This document shows, in pieces, positions 9,050-16,659 of a stretch of 64,000 nucleotides of DNA. Under the pieces are notes generated by a model. The model ran no database searches. It was not told the origin of the DNA and saw nothing but the letters and a program-made list of their open reading frames with translations. The stretch is from Candidatus Magasanikiibacteriota bacterium (lineage in GTDB: Bacteria; Patescibacteriota; Patescibacteriia; Magasanikbacterales; UBA922), in contig JBAQFA010000022.1 of NCBI GenBank assembly GCA_049287025.1, forward strand, positions 30,225 to 94,224, given 5' to 3'. The position numbers and the translations under genes were made by a program. Each line of letters starts with the position of its first letter. Position 1 is the first letter of the stretch.

Positions 9050-9079
9050 TTGACTAAGTATATAAAATTTGGTTAAATA
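9050..9079 (+). promoter_or_regulatory. sigma70-like promoter TTGACT-17-TTAAAT
   Basis: immediately upstream of high-GC ORF, SD ctgagg. Confidence 0.4.
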
Positions 9080-9102
9080 TTTTTGGTAACCAACTGAGGC
9101 TG

Positions 9103-9300
9103 ATGATGTGTCTCTTTAGCGAGCTGTCCGAGGGATCGCACTTCCATCGGAAGGACGACCATGTGATCTACAAGAGGATGCGGCTGGCCTGGTATGTGTT
9201 TTGGCTCGGAATCTGCCGAGCCAACGCCGTCCGACTCGAGGATGGCAGTGGCCCGAAGTACTGTCGGGTCGCGGACAATACGGAGGTCGTCTGGGTCTAG
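9103..9300 (+). CDS. hypothetical 65-aa protein, compositionally foreign (high G+C)
   Basis: highest GC3 of the overlapping frames; promoter and SD; GC hairpin 9313-9340 after stop. Confidence 0.35.
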   Translation: MMCLFSELSEGSHFHRKDDHVIYKRMRLAWYVFWLGICRANAVRLEDGSGPKYCRVADNTEVVWV

Positions 9301-9413
9301 CCAACCCACCCCCCCCTGTGATATCGTGTTGCAGGGGGCAACCGAGATTGGGAGGATTTTTATAAACACCCACCATGACTTGCTTTGATTCTGTTTTATA
9401 AAACCGAGTTAGA

Positions 9414-9500
9414 GTAAGGAGACGGTGGGTGTTTTGTTTTATAAAAAAACTCCATAGGGTGGTGTTTAGGGTTCCAGAAAAAAAAGAAAATCAATAATAA
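9414..9500. repeat. direct repeat copy 1 (about 85 bp) flanking high-GC cassette
   Basis: about 90% identical to 9991-10082; contains terminator-like core aaaaaactccatagggtggtg. Confidence 0.7.
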
Positions 9501-9593
9501 AATTACTTGACAAATTTTGTGATATGTTATAGCATAAGACGCTGTATCAGTGGGCCTTTAGTGTCACTTGGACAATAAACGGAGGTGAGGACC

Positions 9594-9899
9594 ATGATCG
9601 TCTTTGGCTGGCTGAAGAAACTTCGGGAACGGAAGGTGCGACGCCTAGAGCAGCAGGAGGCTGCGAGGGCGAAGATGCGGCAGGCGATTGTCGCCTTCAA
9701 CGAGGAGGACTCTGTTGATCCGGTGGCTCGGATCAACAAGGTGGTGCCCATCCTGCAGGCCTACACCACCCTAGCCGACGCTTTCGACCCCGGGTGGCGA
9801 CAGTGGGGGAAGTGCGACCTCACGACTATTCCGGAACTCCACGAGTTCCGAGGCTACATCGGGGTCGTTTTCGCCGACTGTGAGAGCCTGTTCGACTGA
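9594..9899 (+). CDS. hypothetical 101-aa protein, compositionally foreign (high G+C)
   Basis: GGAGGTGAGG SD 9581-9590; TTGACA 9506-9511 promoter; high G+C. Confidence 0.4.
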   Translation: MIVFGWLKKLRERKVRRLEQQEAARAKMRQAIVAFNEEDSVDPVARINKVVPILQAYTTLADAFDPGWRQWGKCDLTTIPELHEFRGYIGVVFADCESLFD

Positions 9900-9990
9900 C
9901 CACAGTTCGTTGGCTTGTAGAGAGGGGGCAAGTCAACGGTACAACAACAACCATTCCACCCCTCGTTAATATTTCAGAATTGGAATAATA

Positions 9991-10082
9991 GCGAAGGAGA
10001 AGAGGAATGGTTTTTGTTTTATAAAAAAACTACATAGGGTGGTGCTTAGGGTTCCAGCAGAAAAAGAAAATCAATAATAAAA
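9991..10082. repeat. direct repeat copy 2
   Basis: see 9414-9500. Confidence 0.7.
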
Positions 10083-10106
10083 CCGACTATTGAGTCGGTT
10101 TTATTT
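10082..10106 (-). terminator. hairpin terminator aaaaccgactattgagtcggtttt
   Basis: 8-bp stem, T-rich on minus; near-identical copy at 10816. Confidence 0.55.
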
Positions 10107-10130
10107 GTCTTTTAATATGTTGTGGGGTTA

Positions 10131-10763
10131 TTAATAAAGAAACACACTTACTAATCCAACTAAAATAATAATAATGCCTAATATTTTTCTAACAACATCC
10201 TCATGCTTTTGATAAAATGATATAGCCCATTTTTGTGAAAACAATTTTGCCCACACGGATCCCATAAGAAAATAAATTGCGGGCAGTATTATGAAAGAAA
10301 TAAATAATACCCACCATGGGAATTCAACTTTTCTTATAGCAAAGAATACGCTCATAAAAAATACAGCATATTTTGGATTAAACAACCCAGTTAAAAAACC
10401 CATTCTTATGGCCTCAGTTTTAGTAAGTTCTTTTATGTGTTCTTTTTCTCCTTCTATTTTTTTTGTCATTATCTCTCTGGAGAGAATTGTTCTCATGCCT
10501 ACGCCAGTGAGATAAATTACACTCAAAATTTGAATTGTTTCAAAAGAAAAATCCCAAACTTTGGAGATGAGAGAAAAAGCGACAATTGACCAAATGATAT
10601 GTATTATGGTGGCCATAGCATTACCCATGGCTGTTTGGATGCCGGTTTTACGTGAGTAAATTAAAGAATTTCTAACAATGACAAAAATTGATGGTTCAAT
10701 TTTGAACCACTCCAAAACACCCAAGGCGCCAAACATTATGATTGATAGTATATTGTCTGCCAT
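10131..10763 (-). CDS. LysE/RhtB family translocator
   Basis: 6 TM, about 210 aa. Confidence 0.5.
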   Translation of the reverse strand: MADNILSIIMFGALGVLEWFKIEPSIFVIVRNSLIYSRKTGIQTAMGNAMATIIHIIWSIVAFSLISKVWDFSFETIQILSVIYLTGVGMRTILSREIMTKKIEGEKEHIKELTKTEAIRMGFLTGLFNPKYAVFFMSVFFAIRKVEFPWWVLFISFIILPAIYFLMGSVWAKLFSQKWAISFYQKHEDVVRKILGIIIILVGLVSVFLY

Positions 10764-10815
10764 ATCATTACATGATATTAAAATTTTTAAAAATAGTCAA
10801 ATAAAATTTTAGTAA

Positions 10816-10841
10816 AACCGACTGGTGGGTCGGTTTTATTT
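10816..10841 (-). terminator. hairpin terminator aaaaccgactggtgggtcggtttt
   Basis: repeat of 10082 hairpin. Confidence 0.55.
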
Positions 10842-10896
10842 GTCTATACTAGTGTTTAAAATCTCCTCCGGGGTTATGGGGTATTATTATTTGAAT

Positions 10897-11496
10897 TTAT
10901 ATAATTTTTATATACTCAGCAAACCTTTTGCCGTAATCGGATATGAAAATTATAGGGTTAAGATTTTCATCTTGAGCACCATTCATCATAAAATCTCCTC
11001 TTCTAGTTTCCAGAAAACCTAATGATATTAGTTTGTTAACGCCACCATAAATTAGGTATATATCATTTCCGCCTAATGACCTTATTGGTACAGGGTCTTG
11101 ATTGCTAAAAAGAGAAGCTAGTAAAATGCACTCGAATTCAGATAAATCATCTAATATTTTTAAGAAAGTTTTGCGTTCATCGATATCATTTATAATAGGT
11201 GTGTTCAATGTTTTTATAAAAAAATTTTTTAATAATCGTTTTTTTTCTTCCCTTGTCTCTATCTCAACTCGGTTTAGTATGTCTTCAATTAAATTGGTTA
11301 GGTCTTCCTTGTTGTGTTTAGACAAAGCAGACTCATTAATTGGATTTTGTTCCAATTCCTGTTTGACTTGTTCTAAAAATTTTTCTAATCTTTCAAATCT
11401 TTTTTCTTGTTTGTTTCCAAAATATAAAGTTGCAAGTGATCCACCTATATATGGGACAGCATTCAATCCCGCTTCAATTATGGTGTCTCGTTTCAT
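10897..11496 (-). CDS. hypothetical protein, co-oriented 26 bp downstream of clpB
   Basis: ORF; no recognised motif. Confidence 0.45.
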   Translation of the reverse strand: MKRDTIIEAGLNAVPYIGGSLATLYFGNKQEKRFERLEKFLEQVKQELEQNPINESALSKHNKEDLTNLIEDILNRVEIETREEKKRLLKNFFIKTLNTPIINDIDERKTFLKILDDLSEFECILLASLFSNQDPVPIRSLGGNDIYLIYGGVNKLISLGFLETRRGDFMMNGAQDENLNPIIFISDYGKRFAEYIKII

Positions 11497-11522
11497 ATTT
11501 ATAATATTAAAATAGTATTTTA

Positions 11523-14159
11523 TTATTTTATTTCAATCTTATCCTTATTTATTTCCACCTTCACCTTGTCACCATCCTCAATCTTTCCTTCTACAATTTG
11601 CATAGCGAGTTTGTCCAAGAGTTCAGTTTGCAAAACTCGTTTTAGAGGGCGAGCGCCGAGATTGGGATCATAACCTTTTTTGGCGAGCCAGTCTTTGGCT
11701 TTTTTGCTCACATCTAGTTCAATTTTTTTACCAAGCAGGCGAGTGGCGATTTTGGCGAGTTGTAAGTCAACAATTTCGCGGATCTGTTCCTCATTCAATG
11801 GATGGAAAGTAATAATATCATCTACACGATTTAGAAATTCTGGTTTAAATTGTTCACGCAGAGCTTCCATTACTTTATTTTTTATCATTTCTTCTTTTAA
11901 TTTTTTATCTCCATCGCCAGAAGCCGAAAATCCAAAGTCACCACTTCTACCCATTTGCATGATCATGTCTGAACCAATATTTGATGTCATAATAATGACC
12001 GTGTTTTTGAAATTTACTTTCCGGCCCTTAGAATCTGTCAGGTGGCCATCTTCCAGAATCTGCAACATCATATTGAACACATCAGGATGGGCTTTTTCTA
12101 TTTCATCAAATAAAATAACTGAGTATGGTCGGCGACGGACGATTTCGGTCAGTTGTCCGCCCTCATCATAACCAACATAGCCAGGAGGGGAGCCAATCAT
12201 TTTGCTAATCGCATGCTTTTCCATATATTCGCTCATATCTACACGCACGAGAGCATCTTCTTCATTAAACATAAATTCAGCCAGAGCTTTGGCTAGTTCA
12301 GTTTTGCCCACACCGGTTGGACCCATGAATATAAATGAACCAATCGGCCGTTTTTCTTCACTCACTCCAGCGCGTGATCGACGAATGGCATTTGATATGG
12401 CCGTGATAGATTCTTCTTGACCAATCACCCGTTTTTTCAAATCTGTTTCCATGTGCGCGAGTTTTTTTATTTCGTCCTGGAGCATTTTACTTACGGGAAT
12501 ACCAGTCCAACGCGCGACTACTGCGGCAATATCTTCTTCATTCACTTCTTCTTTTAGAATCGCTCGGCCTTTTTGAATTTCGGCCAAATGTTTTTCACTT
12601 TTTTTGATCGCTTCTTCCATCATCGGGATTTTGCCATAGCGAATCTCCGCGACTTTTTGCAAATCACCTTTACGTTCTTCAATATCCGCTTGTTGTTTTA
12701 GTTTATCAATTTCTTTTTTGTGTTCGCGAATTTTGGTTATGATTTCTTTTTCATTTTTCCAATGCACTTCCAATTCATGACTTTTTTCTTTCAAGTTGGC
12801 TAATTCTTCTTTTAATTTTTTCATCCGGTCTTTGGATTCACTATCTTCTTCAGTTTTTAGAGCGCGGAGTTCAATATCAATCTTCATCATTTTCCGTTTC
12901 ATTTTGTCCAGGTCATCGGGCATAGAATCTATTTCCATACGGAGAGCAGACGTGGCTTCGTCAATCAGGTCAATCGCTTTGTCTGGTAAAAAGCGATCAG
13001 AAATATAGCGCGTAGAAAGTTCTACCGCGGCTACAATAGCCGGGTCAGTAATCCGCACACCATGATGCACTTCATATTTTTCTTTTATACCACGAAGAAT
13101 CGCAATCGTGTCATCTACACTTGGTTCATGAACCATGACAGGTTGAAAACGGCGTTCAAAAGCGGCATCTCGTTCAATATATTTTTGGTATTCTTTGAGA
13201 GTCGTGGCGCCAATGGTATGAAGTTCACCGCGGGCCAGAGCTGGTTTCAACATGTTGCTTCCGTCAATCGCACCCTCGGTAGAGCCAGAGCCGACAATCG
13301 TGTGGAGTTCATCAATAAATAAAATTATTTTTCCATTAGCTTCAGTGATTTCTTTTAACACTGCTTTAAATCTTTCTTCAAATTCACCACGGAATTTTGT
13401 GCCAGCAATCAATGACCCAATATCCAAAGCAATCACTTCTTTATCTTTTATACTTTCTGGCACATCACCATCGACAATTCTTTGCGCTAGGCCTTCTACA
13501 ATCGCCGTTTTACCTACACCTGGTTCACCAATTAAGACTGGATTATTCTTTGTTCTACGAGAAAGCACTTGCATTACCCGACGCACTTCATCATCCCGAC
13601 CAATCACTGGATCAAGTTTTTCTTTACGCGCCAAGTCAGTGAGATTTTTTCCATATTTTTCCAAAGCTTGATATTTGCTTTCTGGCTCAGGTGAATCAAC
13701 TTTTTGGGTACCTCGCACTTTTGCTAAAACTTTTAAGACATCATCATACTGAACTGCTTGATTTGATAAAACATCACTAATTGGATTTTTGTTAGTCAAA
13801 AAAGCCAAGAGTAAATGTTCTACACTAATATAGTCGTCGCCCATTTTTTGCGCTTCATTGCCAGCATTTTGAATAATATACATCATGGCCTGACCCATTA
13901 AGATTTGTCCTAAACCACCATGAGACATCTGACCTTTTTGTTTCGGTAAAACATTAATCATGGCTTGGACTTCATTTCTCAGTTGCTCTAGATTAACATT
14001 TAATTTTTTCATGATAGACACAACCACACCATCTTCTTGTTCTAATAGGGCAGAGAAGAGATGAGGAGGTTCTACTTGCGGTTGGCCATTTTCATTGGCA
14101 ATTTGATAAGCGCGTTGTAGAGCTTCTTGTGATTTGTGGGTAAAGTTTTGTGGTGTCAT
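11523..14159 (-). CDS. clpB: ATP-dependent chaperone ClpB
   Basis: two AAA+ modules ([16 protein letters not shown]), coiled-coil middle domain, 878 aa. Confidence 0.92.
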   Translation of the reverse strand: MTPQNFTHKSQEALQRAYQIANENGQPQVEPPHLFSALLEQEDGVVVSIMKKLNVNLEQLRNEVQAMINVLPKQKGQMSHGGLGQILMGQAMMYIIQNAGNEAQKMGDDYISVEHLLLAFLTNKNPISDVLSNQAVQYDDVLKVLAKVRGTQKVDSPEPESKYQALEKYGKNLTDLARKEKLDPVIGRDDEVRRVMQVLSRRTKNNPVLIGEPGVGKTAIVEGLAQRIVDGDVPESIKDKEVIALDIGSLIAGTKFRGEFEERFKAVLKEITEANGKIILFIDELHTIVGSGSTEGAIDGSNMLKPALARGELHTIGATTLKEYQKYIERDAAFERRFQPVMVHEPSVDDTIAILRGIKEKYEVHHGVRITDPAIVAAVELSTRYISDRFLPDKAIDLIDEATSALRMEIDSMPDDLDKMKRKMMKIDIELRALKTEEDSESKDRMKKLKEELANLKEKSHELEVHWKNEKEIITKIREHKKEIDKLKQQADIEERKGDLQKVAEIRYGKIPMMEEAIKKSEKHLAEIQKGRAILKEEVNEEDIAAVVARWTGIPVSKMLQDEIKKLAHMETDLKKRVIGQEESITAISNAIRRSRAGVSEEKRPIGSFIFMGPTGVGKTELAKALAEFMFNEEDALVRVDMSEYMEKHAISKMIGSPPGYVGYDEGGQLTEIVRRRPYSVILFDEIEKAHPDVFNMMLQILEDGHLTDSKGRKVNFKNTVIIMTSNIGSDMIMQMGRSGDFGFSASGDGDKKLKEEMIKNKVMEALREQFKPEFLNRVDDIITFHPLNEEQIREIVDLQLAKIATRLLGKKIELDVSKKAKDWLAKKGYDPNLGARPLKRVLQTELLDKLAMQIVEGKIEDGDKVKVEINKDKIEIK

Positions 14160-14202
14160 AAAACATTGATTTCACTGATTAATATGGATTTCACTGAGAG
14201 CA

Positions 14203-14229
14203 TTAGCACTCTTAGTATCCGAGTGATAA
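14203..14229. promoter_or_regulatory. CIRCE-like HrcA operator TTAGCACTC-N9-GAGTGATAA
   Basis: matches CIRCE consensus TTAGCACTC-N9-GAGTGCTAA with one mismatch; 44 bp upstream of clpB. Confidence 0.65.
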
Positions 14230-14230
14230 T

Positions 14231-14258
14231 ATTATAACATCTTGTATTTTTTTGTCAA
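14231..14258 (-). promoter_or_regulatory. clpB promoter TTGACA-16-TATAAT
   Basis: tgtcaa 14253-14258, attata 14231-14236 on plus strand, abutting CIRCE. Confidence 0.6.
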
Positions 14259-14293
14259 ATTTGCTATTATTATAGCATAAAATTAGTTAAGAT

Positions 14294-14560
14294 ATGATTA
14301 ATATGCTAGATAAATTCAAAGATGAAAGCAAAAAAGTTGGTTTGGAAGTTAGACAAAAAGTAGCGACTTTTATTTTGGCTGGTTTTGGGTTAGTGGCTGG
14401 TTTGGCTTGGAATGAAGCCATCAAAGGGTTGATTGATAGATATTTTCCTCTAGCTTCTGGTGGTGGTTTATTGGCAAAGTTTTTGTATGCTTTTATTATT
14501 ACGATTGTGATCGTGGTGGTGTCAATTTATATTTTAAAGACAGAGAAGAAAAGTGATTGA
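14294..14560 (+). CDS. small membrane protein
   Basis: 2 TM ORF. Confidence 0.4.
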   Translation: MINMLDKFKDESKKVGLEVRQKVATFILAGFGLVAGLAWNEAIKGLIDRYFPLASGGGLLAKFLYAFIITIVIVVVSIYILKTEKKSD

Positions 14561-14562
14561 AT

Positions 14563-14645
14563 AGAACACAAATTTAACAAATTATTCCAAATCTTCACAA
14601 ATATATTTGTGGGAATTTGTCTGATTTGTGTAATTTGAGTTCTAT
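14563..14645. repeat. IR-bounded element (family C) tagaacacaaatt...aatttgagttcta
   Basis: 13-bp terminal inverted repeats; second copy 18134-18222. Confidence 0.5.
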
Positions 14646-14646
14646 T

Positions 14647-15375
14647 ATGAATGTCTTGGGAATTAAAATTAGTGAATTGTCAAAAAATCAAACACTAGAA
14701 AAAGTGGCTGAATTTTTGCATGGTGAAAAACAAAATATAATTTTTACCCCTAACCCAGAAATGCTCGTTGATGCTCAGAAAGATAAATATTTTAAAACTG
14801 TTTTGAATAGTGGTGATTTAAATGTGTGTGATGGTTTTGGTCTTTCTCTAGTTAGCGGTGTTAAGAGATATCCTGGTGTAGAACTTATGTTAGATATTTG
14901 CGCGTTAGCAGAAAAAGAAAACAAATCAGTGTATTTTTTAGGGTCTGGCGATAAAGAAGTAATTAGTAATTTGCAATTAGTAATTAAAGAGAAATATTCT
15001 GATTTAAAAATCGCCGGTGCTCACCCTGGACCCAAGTTACAAGTTACAAGTTACAAGTTACAAGTTGATGAACACGAAAACAATGATCTTGTCGCCGACA
15101 TTTCAATGACTGCACCGGATATATTATTCGTCGCCTTCGGTCATGGTAAACAAGAAAAATGGATTCATGAGAATCTAAAGGATTTACCAAGTGTACGAAT
15201 TGCTATGGGTGTGGGTGGATCATTTGATTTTATTTCTGGCAAAGTAAAACGCGCCCCTTTATTTATTCGCAAAATTGGGTTAGAATGGATGTATCGTTTA
15301 GCTATTCAGCCAAGCCGATTTGGTAGAATATTTAAGGCTACTTTTGTATTTATTTATTATTTTTTAAAAAAGTAA
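14647..15375 (+). CDS. WecB/TagA/CpsF family glycosyltransferase
   Basis: family-typical length and C-terminal FIRKIGLEWMYRL; ATG 14647 preferred over TTG 14617. Confidence 0.65.
   Translation: MNVLGIKISELSKNQTLEKVAEFLHGEKQNIIFTPNPEMLVDAQKDKYFKTVLNSGDLNVCDGFGLSLVSGVKRYPGVELMLDICALAEKENKSVYFLGSGDKEVISNLQLVIKEKYSDLKIAGAHPGPKLQVTSYKLQVDEHENNDLVADISMTAPDILFVAFGHGKQEKWIHENLKDLPSVRIAMGVGGSFDFISGKVKRAPLFIRKIGLEWMYRLAIQPSRFGRIFKATFVFIYYFLKK
15034..15061 (+). repeat. 7-bp tandem repeat (aagttac)x4 inside CDS
   Basis: perfect copies, fifth partial. Confidence 0.9.
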
Positions 15376-15377
15376 AG

Positions 15378-15457
15378 AATGTAGAATATTGAATATAGAA
15401 TACCATTGATTTTATTTGTATATTCTACATTCCATATTCTAAATTCTATATTCTAAT
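15378..15457. repeat. long AT-rich palindrome gaatgtagaatat...atattctacattc
   Basis: 13-bp perfect IR with about 30-nt loop plus further tagaata/tattcta repeats. Confidence 0.6.
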
Positions 15458-15458
15458 T

Positions 15459-16214
15459 ATGTTAAGTAAAAAAATAATCCAACACATCAACAAACTCGGT
15501 CAGAAAAAAGTTCGTCATGAAGAACATGAATTTATTATTGAAGGTATAAAGGGTATAAGTGAAGCTTTGGAATCTGACGCTAATATTCTTTTGTTGGTAG
15601 TAGAAGGTAATCGGCGCGATGAAAATGAATTTGTTGAATTAATTAAATTAGCAGAAAGACAACAAGTTTCAATAGAATTTTGTGGACGCAAAGAAGTGGA
15701 TGATATAAAAACGACTGATACTTTTCCTGGAGTTTTGGCAATTGTGGAGCAATCTGAGGTTGAGTTGAATGATTTAACAGGTAATATAATTTGCCTTGAT
15801 GGTGTCAAAGACCCGGGTAATCTTGGGACAATTATTCGTACCGCTGATTGGTTTGGTATAAAAAATATAATACTCGCCGAAGATTGTGTCGATCCATACA
15901 ATCCAAAAGTTGTACGCAGTACCATGGGTTCAATTTTTCGAGTAAATATTTTTGAGAGTGAGGGGATAGTGAGAGATTTGAGTTATTTACAAGAAGACGG
16001 ATATAAATTGAATGGTTTGGTGATGAACGGTGTTAATTTGGATAAACTTAAACCTGGGAATAAAGAAATTTATGTTTTAGGCAGTGAATCCCATGGTATC
16101 AGACCAGAGGTTGAAAAAATATTAGATAAAAAGTATACTATTTCTGGTTCTGGCTCGGCTGAATCTTTGAATGTTGCTGTCGCTTGTGGAATTTTATTGT
16201 CTCGTATATCCTGA
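15459..16214 (+). CDS. SpoU/TrmH family RNA 2'-O-methyltransferase
   Basis: C-terminal SPOUT motifs (LGSESHG, NVAVA). Confidence 0.7.
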   Translation: MLSKKIIQHINKLGQKKVRHEEHEFIIEGIKGISEALESDANILLLVVEGNRRDENEFVELIKLAERQQVSIEFCGRKEVDDIKTTDTFPGVLAIVEQSEVELNDLTGNIICLDGVKDPGNLGTIIRTADWFGIKNIILAEDCVDPYNPKVVRSTMGSIFRVNIFESEGIVRDLSYLQEDGYKLNGLVMNGVNLDKLKPGNKEIYVLGSESHGIRPEVEKILDKKYTISGSGSAESLNVAVACGILLSRIS

Positions 16215-16650
16215 ACGAAGTGAAGGATCTTTCGGAGCAATTTTGTGTGGTTTATAATATAAAATTGTAGTATGATCTGGAGGGAAAAAATTTATTATGT
16301 TTATATAATGGCTAGTATAAGTAGAGTTCTATATGTTGGTTATACTGATTCTATTATTAAAAGGGGTTTTCAACATAAGACAGGTTTTTTTGAAAATGCA
16401 TTTACTAAAAAATATAGAATAAATAAACTAGTATATTTTGAAACTAAAAATAGTAAAGAGATGTCTTTAATAAGAGAAAAACAAATAAAAGGATTACTTA
16501 GAAAAAAGAAAATACAAATGATTGAGGAGAGTAATCCAAATTGGGAAGATTTGTATAAAGTTATTATGTCTTTATATCAAGTAAAATAGTAATTTAAAGA
16601 GTAGTCTGGTTGACGTACAGATCCTTCGTCGCTGTGGCTCCTCAGGATTT
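16205..16650. mobile_element. family-A palindromic-element arms flanking a GIY-YIG gene (possible autonomous form)
   Basis: atcctgaacgaagtgaaggatct at 16205 and inverted agatccttcgtcgctgtggctcctcaggat at 16618. Confidence 0.35.
16272..16589 (+). CDS. GIY-YIG nuclease domain protein (about 105 aa)
   Basis: YVYIM..LYVGYT..R...H motif pattern. Confidence 0.65.
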   Translation: MIWREKIYYVYIMASISRVLYVGYTDSIIKRGFQHKTGFFENAFTKKYRINKLVYFETKNSKEMSLIREKQIKGLLRKKKIQMIEESNPNWEDLYKVIMSLYQVK

Positions 16651-16659
16651 TTATATAAT

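Noticed and set aside
9073-9751. Alternative frames in the high-G+C islands (9073-9369 minus, 9116-9376 minus, 9194-9388 plus, 9527-9751 minus, 56624-56806 plus, 3151-3369 plus)
   Set aside because: High-G+C DNA yields long spurious ORFs in all frames. The frames kept are those with the strongest G/C third-position bias and with a promoter and SD in the correct orientation.
10825-11022. 65-aa plus-strand ORF
   Set aside because: It overlaps the terminator and the antisense of the 10897-11496 gene.
11102-13671. ORF-track plus-strand ORFs inside clpB (11102-11515, 11680-12171, 12202-12420, 12796-13008, 13062-13322, 13252-13671, 13397-13642)
   Set aside because: They lie antisense to a long, unmistakable ClpB ORF; Ser/Arg-rich low-complexity translations are typical of antisense frames.
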